A stretch of DNA of 63,989 nt, the filler included, from Phoronis australis (taxonomy: Eukaryota; Animalia; Phoronida): the NCBI GenBank assembly GCA_002633005.1. It is 7 parts of 7 records of this genome, joined end to end, with 100 filler letters (N's around TTAATTAATTAA, not from the genome) between each part and the next. Parts side by side here need not be neighbours in the genome. Positions count along the whole stretch, not along the records: positions 21,786 to 29,970 come from NMRA01001409.1; positions 30,071 to 52,105 come from NMRA01001399.1; 5 more parts are not named here. One strand, 5' to 3'. Shown one piece after another: positions 26,501-39,400 of this stretch. The stretch's first letter is position 1. Every line of letters starts with the position of its first letter. A program made the position numbers and the translations under genes. The notes under the pieces were generated by a model that saw only the letters and a program-made list of their open reading frames with translations, did no database searches and had not been told where the DNA came from.

Positions 26501-27839
26501 TTCATTTGGTATTTAGGAAAGAGATGTTCATAACAGACAAAGCAACTTCCATAGCAATGCGAAAAACAAATCTAAGCAACTCGGCGGGTCTTTGGAATCT
26601 AGTGGTCCTCACACTGGTACTCGCTCTCATGTGAAAGGTAGCAAAGATCAGGGCGTGGTGAGTAATTGATTTCTGCTTGCACCTTGTAACAACAGATATT
26701 GCATGTGATCCTGATTTATGTTCTTATGCACACGCACCTGAACATAGATGTATAGGGCCGTAGGCATGTGCTCCTCAGTAATTTGCGCACGTCGGTATAA
26801 AGTCGTAGCATGGAGTCTCCATGGGGAAGCCGAGAACAAAACGAGACACATAGGTTTCGATGTAAAAGAAAAAAAAATAAGAGTACATTTGTCAACAACT
26901 AGTGCTGAGCCCAGGCCAAGATATATTTTGATAGAAGTAGCCATTTTTACTGTGCAGATCATCTAAAGGCACATGAAAACACAATTTTAATAATACATAT
27001 TTCAAAAACTTTCTATGCACAGATTATCCACAGCAGATTGATTGGAATATTTCTATTTTTGTGATATAGCCATAATTTCATATTACGGGTCCCCCATATA
27101 GAGGATGGGCAGTCCGGGGCATCTGTCGGGTATTTTTGATGACCATGTACATTGTGGTATTATGCATGTATGTCAAAGGATTTCTGTGCTCGAAGTTCTG
27201 TAATTTTTTTAAGTGCAAGCTTAACTCAAACCCTTACTGGCGACCATTCAAATCTACTGGAATACACGTTAAAATGAATGAGTTATCAAAATGAATTAGC
27301 GAAGGGCCCTAGACCTCGCTTGGGATGCCCGTCTTCCAAGCTCAAGTGCATGCCGTCGGCAATTGCTTAGAAACGAACCTGATATAGTGAATTACAATAT
27401 AGAGGCTCGTGACTAATTGACAACCTGTAGTTAACCCAAAAGACGGACTGAGCGTGGCGGTGTTGACGCCCCAACATATCAAAGTTATTTTCTTCTGCCT
27501 AGTAACCAGCAAGGATCCATTGGTTTCTGATTTACAAGTTTATGTGTACTATCTATGAAAGTCGAATGATTTATACACGATTTTTGAAAAATTGATGATG
27601 CTTCAATGCAGTTAGATGTAGGCTGAAGTTCGACCCTCAAACAATGAAGTACACCAGATAATTTTGTACCAATCTGAAATATCCCTTGACGAATTTAGAC
27701 CGGCAGCCCGGAGCACTTAACATAGATGAACGAGGTACCAACATCTGACCACGGGAGTATTTAAGGTCCACCTCAGTATGTACAGAAATGGACGTCTGCC
27801 GTTGTCTGCACTCTGGGTGTGACCCCTGGGGGCCTCACT

Positions 27840-28552
27840 CAGAGCCCAAAAAATGAGCTAGACTAGGTATTCGAGGTACCAACCAAAACTGATTTAAAAC
27901 GAACAATAGTACCGCACTGAACACCAAATGACCCATGGCAGACAAATTGCACTCTGGAATGGGTCCGGCAGAAACCAAAAAAGGACCCCCCAAAAATGAG
28001 CTAGCACATACATTCGAGGTACCACACAAAACCAATTCCATATGATTCAATACATGTCACAGATCACTAAAAATCCTATGATAGACAAATTACACTCTGT
28101 ATTGTGCCCGACAGAAACCCCCAAAAATCTCAACCACGGTATGCCATCAAAAATTTGAGCTAGACTAGATTTTCGAGGTACCGGCCAAAACTGATTTAAA
28201 ACGAAGAATAGTATCGCACTGAACACCAAATGACCCATGACAGACAAATTGCACTCTGGAATGGGTCCGGCAGAAACCAAAAATGGACCCCCTAAAAATA
28301 AGCTAGCACATACATTCGAGGTACCACACAAAACCAGAAACCCTCAAAAATCTCTACCACGGTTTGCCATTTTTGAGACAGTTAGATTTTCAATGTGTCG
28401 GCTTAAACTGATTTAAAAGCAACAATCGTGCTGCACTGAACACCCAATGACCCGTGAAAGACGAATTTCACTCGGAAGTAGTGGGCCAAAAACCCAGAAA
28501 GGACCTTAAAAATGGAGGTGCAATCGTCCATGCAGCTTTCCCCTGCTAGTTC
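27840..28552. repeat. Tandemly repeated ~150/300-bp core array (satellite or second HINE-like family)
   Basis: 27853-28035 recurs at 28155-28335, with further diverged subunits (gacaaattgcactctggaat). Confidence 0.65.
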
Positions 28553-28899
28553 AAGTACTCGGGTGGAAAATCCAAACAACTGGACAACAAGATGTTAAAA
28601 ATTGCACCACGAAAATCGAAGTACACAATTGGTGACAAAAGTGGAGTATTTATTAAGTTAACTGCAAAAAGCGGGACCGCAGAAAACAAAAATTAATTAT
28701 AAAAAACTTTCTTTCACTAAAGCCTGTGTTTACTCACATGATCACTACAAGCGAAAAGCAGACGGGTGTCAAGATGTAAGACAGTTTACCCGCCTAGTGG
28801 TAACTTTTTGAAGAAATTTTTACATTATGTCGAAATTCAGTGTAGTGTATAGTGTTTGCAATGTTTTAGTTTCGCGGAGTCATTTGTCGATGGCCGACA

Positions 28900-29260
28900 T
28901 AATGTCTTCCATGATAAAATATAAATCACCCCTAACCACGCGGTGGAGTCCCAATGCTATTTAAATACATATATAAACAACGATGCGTTTCGGTAACAAG
29001 GGGTCTCGCTGCAGCATTGCCTGAAAATTACATACAATGACCGGGTGTGGTGTCACAACAGCACTGTTTAGGAAAGGGAAGGCCTCTGGAAATCCTGATG
29101 AAAGACTCATCTGGGACACTTATCAGCTTCTTCTCAGAGTTAATAAGCGTAGATGTCCCAGACGGAAGAAAGTTAGAAGACATATGCCTCCTATTTAATG
29201 AAGGGAGGAGTCAAAGATGTCAATGACGGGCCGATATCTGAAATTAATAGAGACGACCGG
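28900..29260 (+). pseudogene. Second Academ-like XPG remnant (H3TH-type motif)
   Basis: ALPENLHTMTGCGVTTALFRKGK resembles LHALTGCDTTSxFxGKGK; EDICLL...DVND follows. Confidence 0.55.
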
Positions 29261-29396
29261 AAAAATGAACAAGGTAATAACTGTAATTGATAAAATATAG
29301 TTCATAAAAGCAACGAAAATAATTTCAAATGTTTTCATAGAGTTAAACCAAAATGCCCAGTTTCACGTCAAAAAACAGTAAATGGTGGTGAGATTT

Positions 29397-29650
29397 CATG
29401 CGCGCACCCAGGAGGGCTCGGGTGGCTCGAAGGAGCCCCCCATTTGGCGGAGTGGGCAAAAAGGTCCGCCTCAGAGAAACAAACAGTCCGTGAAAACGAG
29501 ACAAAAGTCCAATAAAAAGGCGCAGACGCACAGTTCACAGTACTGAAGAAGGTACCCCGTTTTTTTTAGTCCTCCAGTTTTTCTGTTAGCAAAAGGTCCA
29601 CTTGGTCAGAAATTCGAGCCCCCCAAAACTAGAGGCTGGGTGCGCGCATG
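29397..29650. mobile_element. Small MITE (254 bp)
   Basis: Perfect 15-bp TIR catgcgcgcacccag / ctgggtgcgcgcatg; no TSD visible. Confidence 0.6.
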
Positions 29651-31624
29651 GGTTTTATGTCTTTGTTCGTCAGCTTTTAGACAATTGGTTCCTCGTCAAT
29701 AAAATTTTCTCCGATGTCCAACATCAAGAAGATAGACTGCGCATTTTTCCTCCTTGCCGAAAGACACTATTGAAAAAGCACAAACGAGCCCATTATGTTG
29801 CCTTTCTCTGAGGCCAAGTGGATTCGGCCGATCCGGGAAACGGTTTGGATCCTCTTAGCTTACGGTTGGCCCCTTTTTTAAAATTTTTTTACTCCGCCCG
29901 CCTTTTTGTTACCAAAAGGTCCACAACGGCAAGGCAAGAATTCGCCGGAGCCCCCCATATTGAAGGCTGGNNNNNNNNNNNNNNNNNNNNNNNNNNNNNN
30001 NNNNNNNNNNNNNNTTAATTAATTAANNNNNNNNNNNNNNNNNNNNNNNNNNNNNNNNNNNNNNNNNNNNTGAACGAAGAAGTTAGTTGCGCTGAACAGA
30101 CAGGTTGCTTGTCGAACGAACATGTCAGTTCTAACAAACAGACAGGTTAATTGTCAAATGAACATGTTAGTACTGCCAAATAGACGTAGCTGTCGAACAG
30201 ACAGGACAGAGAGCGCTATCGTAACTCAAGAAATAGTGGACGTCGCGCTAAGTCATCGAATATCATGAGCCCCATAATGAGCACATAAATTCTAAAGTTC
30301 TTTTTAGTTGATCTGCAGTGAAGAATCTCATTCATAGGACTGTTCTTAATTTGTCATCGACCATTCTTAAAATAAACTTAATATGTAATTGTGAAGCATT
30401 TGTTTGTTGAAATCAAGCTGCCCGTTAAAAGCAAATAGTAGAACTGTTTACGACCATGTACCTAAACGCACCATAAAAGGTTGGTTTGGCCACCCTGTCA
30501 ATTAATTGTCATTCCATAATTTGAAATTAAACTATTATGACATGCAATCATGTCCGATCTGGCGTGTTACTTTGCAATTACAAATTTTACTGGGTTATCC
30601 TCTTTTTTTGAAAATATTTGAAGTTCAGTGGATGCTGTAATCGGTGTACAATTGCAAAGTTAGTTTTGCATATATACAAGATTTTTTTGTTTCAAATTTT
30701 GAAAATACAGTCTTATGTTACTTTCGTCAATGTTTATCAATATACCGCCAGAAATGAAACAATCCAATAGCCTTGGAATTATTTTGAGTTACCCTTATTT
30801 ACTATGTACAACCATTTTCTTCCTTTAACATCAATAATACTCTGCATTACATACAAGTACTTAGGGTCAATGTTGTCAAAACTGCAACAATTCGATTCGT
30901 TACTTTGGCATCATACCCACAAAGCCATTACATGATTTTGTTTCAAATGAAATTATGATAATATAGCGAGTCTTGCGTCACAAAGTTTTCAGCACCCTTC
31001 ATGATTAATTGCCAACAGTTGACAGGATTTCTCGAAGTTGATCTTATCTTTCAATTACGATTTCCCGACCAACTCCCATCCACAGTTAGAAAACTGTGGC
31101 ATTATGAAGAGTGGTCGAAACTGGCTGCTGAAAATTTCTGTTAATTTGCCGTAGACTATAAAACACTCTTGGCAAGCAACACTTTGTAATTTTACGAGGT
31201 AAGCTCGCGCTCTCTTGCACTTCAATTTCACTGGCGTCAAGCAACAGCTTCAAAATGTGACAGTGGCGCAAAGCCGCAGCAAAACCTCATATCACTTCTT
31301 GTCCCATCCCAAAATAACAAGAGCAACGCGGAGCGTTGAAATGCGCCCACAATTGCACCGCATACGGTATCCTTCTAGGGTTGTTTATTGGTACCATAAA
31401 GTGGCCAGTAGAGGGCATACTTTGCAAAATGGAAAGGCATGGTCATTGTCTCCTCAATAGGCTAGGGGCAAAATGTGAGTAATCTTCATAATACAAGCAC
31501 ATCCTATACACCAGTTGCTTAAAGCACCACAGAAACATAGAATTAAAAACAAATTTACCAACATATAAGATTAGCACAGCATTAGAATGCCAGAAACAAA
31601 TTTCTACTTGGAACTTTTCCTTCA

Positions 31625-32618
31625 NNNNNNNNNNNNNNNNNNNNNNNNNNNNNNNNNNNNNNNNNNNNNNNNNNNNNNNNNNNNNNNNNNNNNNNNNNNN
31701 NNNNNNNNNNNNNNNNNNNNNNNNNNNNNNNNNNNNNNNNNNNNNNNNNNNNNNNNNNNNNNNNNNNNNNNNNNNNNNNNNNNNNNNNNNNNNNNNNNNN
31801 NNNNNNNNNNNNNNNNNNNNNNNNNNNNNNNNNNNNNNNNNNNNNNNNNNNNNNNNNNNNNNNNNNNNNNNNNNNNNNNNNNNNNNNNNNNNNNNNNNNN
31901 NNNNNNNNNNNNNNNNNNNNNNNNNNNNNNNNNNNNNNNNNNNNNNNNNNNNNNNNNNNNNNNNNNNNNNNNNNNNNNNNNNNNNNNNNNNNNNNNNNNN
32001 NNNNNNNNNNNNNNNNNNNNNNNNNNNNNNNNNNNNNNNNNNNNNNNNNNNNNNNNNNNNNNNNNNNNNNNNNNNNNNNNNNNNNNNNNNNNNNNNNNNN
32101 NNNNNNNNNNNNNNNNNNNNNNNNNNNNNNNNNNNNNNNNNNNNNNNNNNNNNNNNNNNNNNNNNNNNNNNNNNNNNNNNNNNNNNNNNNNNNNNNNNNN
32201 NNNNNNNNNNNNNNNNNNNNNNNNNNNNNNNNNNNNNNNNNNNNNNNNNNNNNNNNNNNNNNNNNNNNNNNNNNNNNNNNNNNNNNNNNNNNNNNNNNNN
32301 NNNNNNNNNNNNNNNNNNNNNNNNNNNNNNNNNNNNNNNNNNNNNNNNNNNNNNNNNNNNNNNNNNNNNNNNNNNNNNNNNNNNNNNNNNNNNNNNNNNN
32401 NNNNNNNNNNNNNNNNNNNNNNNNNNNNNNNNNNNNNNNNNNNNNNNNNNNNNNNNNNNNNNNNNNNNNNNNNNNNNNNNNNNNNNNNNNNNNNNNNNNN
32501 NNNNNNNNNNNNNNNNNNNNNNNNNNNNNNNNNNNNNNNNNNNNNNNNNNNNNNNNNNNNNNNNNNNNNNNNNNNNNNNNNNNNNNNNNNNNNNNNNNNN
32601 NNNNNNNNNNNNNNNNNN
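31625..32618. other. Assembly gap (~1 kb of N)
   Basis: N run. Smaller N gaps with a TTAATTAATTAA linker start near 12222, 21686, 29971, 52106, 59277 and 61573. Confidence 0.99.
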
Positions 32619-32943
32619 AAACGGCAGGATAGCGTCATCTCACTACTAGGTGCCTACATACCAAATTTCATGAAAATCCGTTCAGGACTTTTGAAGATAC
32701 AAAGGTAAGCGTAAAAAACTAAAATTGCCACTAGGGGGCACACCGGTAGTCGGATCCGTCCGAAAGTTCGCACATGCCGTCCCATTCATGAATGGAACAT
32801 ATGTGCCAAATTTCATGAACGTATGTCAAAGGGTTTTGGAGATAGAGCAGCGGACGCCGGACGGACGCCGCCCGGACGGACGGACGGACGGACAGAGATG
32901 ACGGCATAATGCGTCCACATATAAATATGTGGGCGCATAAAAA
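32619..32943 (+). mobile_element. HINE-like element 3' part, same family (cut by gap)
   Basis: Nearly identical to 47840-48090; has (GGAC)n and the terminal hairpin. Confidence 0.75.
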
Positions 32944-33348
32944 TGCTATTAATAATGCAGGTTCGGGAAAGAGTAAGTTAGTGAGACTCCTTGATGTCAG
33001 AGTCATTCGTTTACAAGTAGACCCTCCGTTCATTTGCTGTGATTGTCCTGTTCATTTAACAGATGACTTATCTGTTCGTTAACTTAATTATTGGAAAGTT
33101 GAGCCCCCAGGTTACTTGGCTGTTTAGTAACCTACTTGCCAACTTACTTGTTTGTTTAACAGTAGGCACTTGTTTATGCGACAAAATCTGTAAAGTTGCC
33201 TTGTCCGTTTGGAAAACCATAGAATTCTTTTGACTTGTTTATTTGACAAATCACTTATGTGTTTAGCAAACTACTTATCTATAACCACTTGTTTATTTGG
33301 CAGTGTTGTGTATTTTGAACCTTTTCCCTGCCCATAATGATGACTTAC

Positions 33349-33447
33349 GTTTCCATGGATTCCACCTTTGCCTAGCAGTACTCCAAGGTCTTTACACCTT
33401 TCCCACATGAATACGACAGAGTCGTTGTCCAGGGGAGTCTTGCTTGC
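33349..33447 (-). CDS. AGXT2: AGXT2 coding exon (ASKTPLD...[12 protein letters not shown])
   Basis: tttcag acceptor, gtaagt donor; 99 bp. Confidence 0.92.
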
Positions 33448-36400
33448 CTGAAAGAAACATGTCACTCATGACGTCAAGAGAAGCAGTGACACCTAGCACA
33501 TTATGTTAATGTCACTCATGACTTCAAGAGAAGCAGTGACACCTAGCACACTATGTTAATGTCACTCATGACTTCAAGAGAAGCAGTGACACCTAGCACA
33601 CTATGTTAACTTTATAACATCACTTCACGGCAGTCCAAGTGCATAACATACAACACAGATTTGCACATTATAACCATATCCCACATCCTCACATGAGTGG
33701 TAATGCTTTCTTCAGCTCACTTTCACATCAAACTTACATATTTAGGCCTCCCACAAAAAGTAGGATAAAACGAGACAGACATGTTTGCAAACATTAGCTA
33801 AAAAGTAGAAAAACAGAAACCAAAAGTAGGAACAATTTAAAATGTCTACTTCGTGTTACAAATTGAATAATTACCTTTAAACTAGCTGTAACTCATGCCC
33901 TCTAGTGACTACCAGGTGGACTACTAAACCATTCACTTCAGAAGTGTCAGGTCAACTAGTGGAGTAACATTCATAGCTAGTTGCAAGCAATTCAACTTCA
34001 CCAAGAACACTTTGTTTACAACTGCACTACCTTCACTGCAGTCTGGTAAATTTATATCACTTGAAAACATGTGACTCGGTCTAGAACTTGTGAGTGTGCA
34101 TTTAATCCATCGTACAGGCTTGATATGGGACAATCAGTAGGAACCACTCATAAACGTCTATCTCAGAATCACTCATAGTGGTTCATAGGATTACACTGTT
34201 TCCATTTATTGAAATCTCTAGTATAAGCATGGTGGAGAATTTTCTTGTGCAAGCACAGATGAACGTAAAATACACCGGGAAGGCGTAAGGGAGGGGAAGA
34301 GACAACTGTGCAATCACTCCAAATTATAAAACAAGGATAGCTAGTCAGTGTCCTATATTGATGCAACACAATATGATGCTTGGACTACAACAGCAACCAC
34401 AAGTTTCCAGGAATATTCTATGTAAGCCCTGCCTTGGCATGCCAATGATGTTTTTGGTCACGTCCACTGATGGCATTACCATGCAAGGCATGTGAAGTAC
34501 ATTCAGGATTCATTATCAAATATGAAGCTCAGACTGGTGAGGGAAAAGACAAACACAAGCAATGGGAAGAATGGACAAGAAATGGAAAGGATGGAAGACA
34601 GTCAGTTTTGAATGTGGGGCCACCTATTGGCTAAGGGTCTACTTATAAAATAAATCAGTCTATGGTTAAAACTAAAACTCATTTTCTTAGAATAAGCCTT
34701 CATCAAATAAATGGACATTATGATACAAAATTGTCAATAAATCTTAAATTCAGTAGAAAGAGGAAAATATTACTTAAGAATCTACTGAATTTTAAAAAAA
34801 ATTCAAACCACTCAGTGCAGACATTAAACTTTGGCCACACAGACATGAGGGTGTACAACTACTTGAATAGACTTACTTTATCGGTGACAAATTCCAGACC
34901 AATCATTAGGCCCTTTCCACGCACGTCGCCCACAAATTCAAACTCATCTCTGAACTTGGCGAGTCCCTCCAAGAAATATGTACCGACCGTGCGACTGATC
35001 TCTTGGCATCCATCCTCCTCAATCACCTGCAGACAAACCACCACAACCACAAATTAATTTCATTTTCGTGCATAACTGCAAAGCTAAAAGCTTGATACGA
35101 TAAATTCTCTTCAATTTAGAACATATTGAAAAACCATTTTATCAAATTTCGCAACATATTAAGTTCTAAACAGGAAGAAAACTTTACTTCGTTGTTTCCA
35201 AAGTTTAGATTGTGAAATTGCCATCAACAAACACGCAACGAAATATGAGAATTTTTGACAATAGTTTTCAGCCTTTCGAAAGTTGGAAAAATGACAATTT
35301 TGACAGATATTTTTGTTTTAATTGTAGAGAAGTTTACCATAAGTTATATTTACAACATTGAACGAATTCTTAAAACAGCTTTGAAGAGATGAATTTGGTC
35401 TAATTATGCCAACCTCTGCCTGATCACATTGGCACGATGTCAGTTATTTTTATGGCCAGCTTGAAGTGTTACAGCATTCTTAGAAGAGCAAGTATGTGTA
35501 TCTGGATCACACCTTGTGGGCAAAGGATTTGTTTTAACAGGTGCATGGCAGGGTTTGAGATTGGGACCTTTCAGTTGATAGTTTAACTATCTCACATCTA
35601 GACTAAGTGCCAAGATATGTCCAACAGCTGAAGGTACTTCATATAATATCAAACTTTCTATTTCTTACCAAGCACACCCCAGTGCCGTGCATGCAAGGTT
35701 CCCGACTTTGATATTCAGTCCGTAGGCTTGACAACTACTTACATCAAGAACAGCCGAGCCCACAGCAGAGGCCATGGGGTTCCCACTGAAAGTGTTGAAA
35801 TGGACACATTCCGCCATAGTGCTAGCTATCTCTTTGGTGGTAACAACAGCAGCCATGGGAAAACCATTGCCCATTCCTTTGGCCATAGTGACTGAAACAA
35901 ATCACCAGTCACTCATTACTATTTCATGACAACAGATGGCTTTGGTTCCACCTTGACCACAAGAGGCCGCTAACAATTATGGTATGGCAAGGTTCGAAGA
36001 ACAAAATCAGAAAGATGATTGAATTTTTTTTAATGTTTTCCCGTTGCCACCTGCTTATTGAGTTAGTTGTAACGAAGGCAGAGTAGCAACAACAATGCGC
36101 TCTTTAGCAGTGGGAGTAAAACAATGAAGGTCTCTACAAAACAGCACTAGGGAAAAATCTCACCAATTTAGGACACAACATGGCAAACAAATGGCATTTT
36201 ATTAACCCACTTTTTCAATATAAAATAAAAATCAAATTAATGTTTTGCCATTTTCAAATTCTGTGGCATAGCTACCATAAGACAATATTTCTAAAATCGT
36301 GGGTACGCACATCAATATTAGCTCATGAAAAATCAGAAACGTCAATTTTGGCAAATAATTTTTGATTGAAACGGGTACGAATTAACAGTACTATATGCGT

Positions 36401-39400
36401 CACATTTGGGAGCCAATAAAAAGCTGCGAATTCAGATGATCTTGCACACCATCACCAGTTTTTCTAAAATGATGAATTGAGTCATATCAAAAGGTGAAAA
36501 CTCAGTTACCATGGACATGTTACAGAAAAAGGTGGGCAAACAGAGCAGCAGTTGTCCGTTTTGAGTGGCGACATTTGATTTCATGATTAGGCGAAGAATG
36601 AAAATGTCCAGTCTCATTCCAAAAAAAAAGAAATAACCACATACAGTTGACCTGTACGTACTACAAGTGACTGCAAACATGACTTGTAAGTTGTGTTTAC
36701 AAATTACATTTGGAACAGGTAGTGACCATGCAAAAATCCAATCACAATTACAGAAGCCACAGTGAAGACAATGTAGATCACAGTATAATACTGACAGTCT
36801 AACGATGGACGTACAAGTGGTCTCTTATCAAACCGTTGCCACACAAAACTCCTACCTTGAGAAAACATGACCATAAGACCACTCACCCATGTCTGGCACG
36901 ACTCCGTGACCCTCAAAGCCCCAATAATGCTCACCAGTCCTTCCAAATCCAGTTTGGACCTGATAATGATAAAATTACAAATATAAGTAGAGGCACATAA
37001 AAATCCATCTCATTGGCCTCTTACTAATGACCCTGGTTAAAGAAACAAGAAACACCATCTCTAAAAAACAATGACTTTGGTTCATGTTTTGTAGTTCAGC
37101 CCTTTGTTATCAGTTCTTTATGACTGTGAGCAAGCATTCCTCACTACACAGGACACCACAAATGGAATTCTTTACCTGTTTCAACACAGCCGTAAATCCA
37201 TAGGGGGTCCCCAGCCCCCTGCTCTACCACTTTCATGGAGTGAAACATAGTTCCCCCTATCTGGTGTCTGTAACATCAGCTTACAATGATGTCTCATACG
37301 CCAAAAAATCAATGCCTAATTAAATAAATTTTACATTAAATACATAGTCAACAAATTTTGCATGTCATTAAAAGCATTATTAACTAATAATCATACCTCA
37401 TCCGAGATACAAACTCCTCCTTTAGCACGTATCATTTCAAAGGCTCGCTTGGCAAATCCCCTTGGAAACTGAACTGAACCACCGACGCCCTATACAGAAC
37501 AGATGAAAATAGCTCCTGTATTTCATAACTCCAAGTATAGAACAGTACACAGGGAAACAGAAGGCACATTGCATTTAAAACGGGTACTCTCAGAGATAAA
37601 TGGGTAGATAAAAATGACACGATATTTAAATATGAAATAAAAACTCCCTCACATGGCAGTTCTAAGAAGCTTACCAGAATTCAAAATGTGATTGACAAAT
37701 TATTTGACAATAGGTTAATAGAACATTACATCCTTTTTCAAAATTAACTTTAAATGATCCAGATCTGGAACGAAAATCTTACAAAAAAATGTTGCATGCT
37801 TCAAAATGTTTAAAACATTTTTCTTAAGTGTTATTTCCATCATTACAATACGTTGACACGACAAAAACACCACCATACACTCATGACACAGTATCGTTGA
37901 GCTCTCTATTGTCCGCTATCAAAAAAGGTAAGTCAGTTATCTACCCGCCGCTTCTAATAGTGACCTGCACTCAATGCAATTATGTTTTCTTAATTTTGCA
38001 TCTCATTGACCATTTTTGTGATTCGAAAAACGAAAAACGTCAACATTTGATGAGGAATTCAAAATGGCAATTTGCAGATTTCAAAAACTGAGTACAAGTT
38101 TTCATCCTGTCTTAGAGCGGCTAGGCTGGGTAAGGTCTAGTTGATGATGGGGCAATTATCAAACAAAAGGCTACGAAGCTTTGGGTCGCAAATATGAAGT
38201 TAATCACTGTCAGGCTGACAGCGACTTGCTCCTAGCCTATTGAACACAAGTAAGGTGTGAACAAGAGACAGTTGTGATGGACATGCTAGTGCCAAAAATA
38301 GGGCAACATATAAAACAGCAGAGTATTCAATTAGAGCTATACAAATCCACAGGGACACTGTGTTTTGGTTGTTACAAGGAATGGACTGAAGATCTAATAG
38401 GCCTTGACTCAGAGCAGATACATTGGATTAAAATATTTAACGCTAATCCTGATGGTCGGTGAACAGGAGATAGAGCTTGTTCTGTATTGAATTGGAGCAT
38501 TTTATGAGCAAATATTAGACCCCAAGTCACAAGTCAATGCAGTAGTTTGTGCTACACTCCCATCGGCAGCTGTGTCACATGACAACAAACCTGGATTGAT
38601 TCCAGGAAGAACCCTCCGACCTTGACCTTAGGTAGACTGTACAGTAGAAGTTCATCGAGTTCCTTTATGTAGTTATCACAGGCCTTACACTGGCCTGGAT
38701 CACAGTCGCAGTCATTTGTAGTCTGGAGCAAAATAACAGTAAGTTAATATGATAACGATCCTATTAACATATTAAGGAAGGGATGCAAATAAGGTCATNG
38801 AGGGAGAGAGAGAGAGTGAGAGAAAGAATTTGCCTGGTAAATGGAATATTATCTTCAATATCTTCAATCCTAATGACCACAGAAGGATTCCAGAAATTGC
38901 AGCAGGTAATCAGAACAGAGATGACTCATTGTGATTGGTCAAAGAGGTATATGATACCGGCAATAGTCTGATATAACATGCCCATTACTCAGAGGAGAAA
39001 ACTGGTTCTTAAAATTCGGGCACGTTACATCAGACCATTACCCATGATGCCTTCTTGTAATCATCTCAGGCAGGACGTTAATTTCCACATCATTTTGAAA
39101 TCCTGAGACAACAGCCATTAAGTTGAAACTAGAAATCTTTGTTTATGGAACTGAAACAGTGACTTCTAACTCATAATTTCATATAACAACATCACCAATT
39201 GAATTTTTTATTTTAGTATGATTGTTATTTTACTCAGCATGCTTGTACCAAAAAGCACGATGCTGTGATGATGAAGACCAGCAACAGGACCTTGAGGCCT
39301 CTACATGATATCCATCTGGTTGCTAGCAAATGAATTTCACTGCAACTGTTGTTTTGCCGAGGAGTGATTACCGACAACAGAACTTTTTGCGAGCCAATGT

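Noticed and set aside
31587-32708. Long 373-aa and 338-aa ORFs
   Set aside because: Made almost entirely of N-gap codons.
33459-33608. Regular repeats as a possible CRISPR array
   Set aside because: No unique spacers and the context is eukaryotic; these are simple tandem repeats.
37450-37470. Apparent frameshift in an AGXT2 exon
   Set aside because: Recounting the C4 run gives an intact frame ([11 protein letters not shown]).
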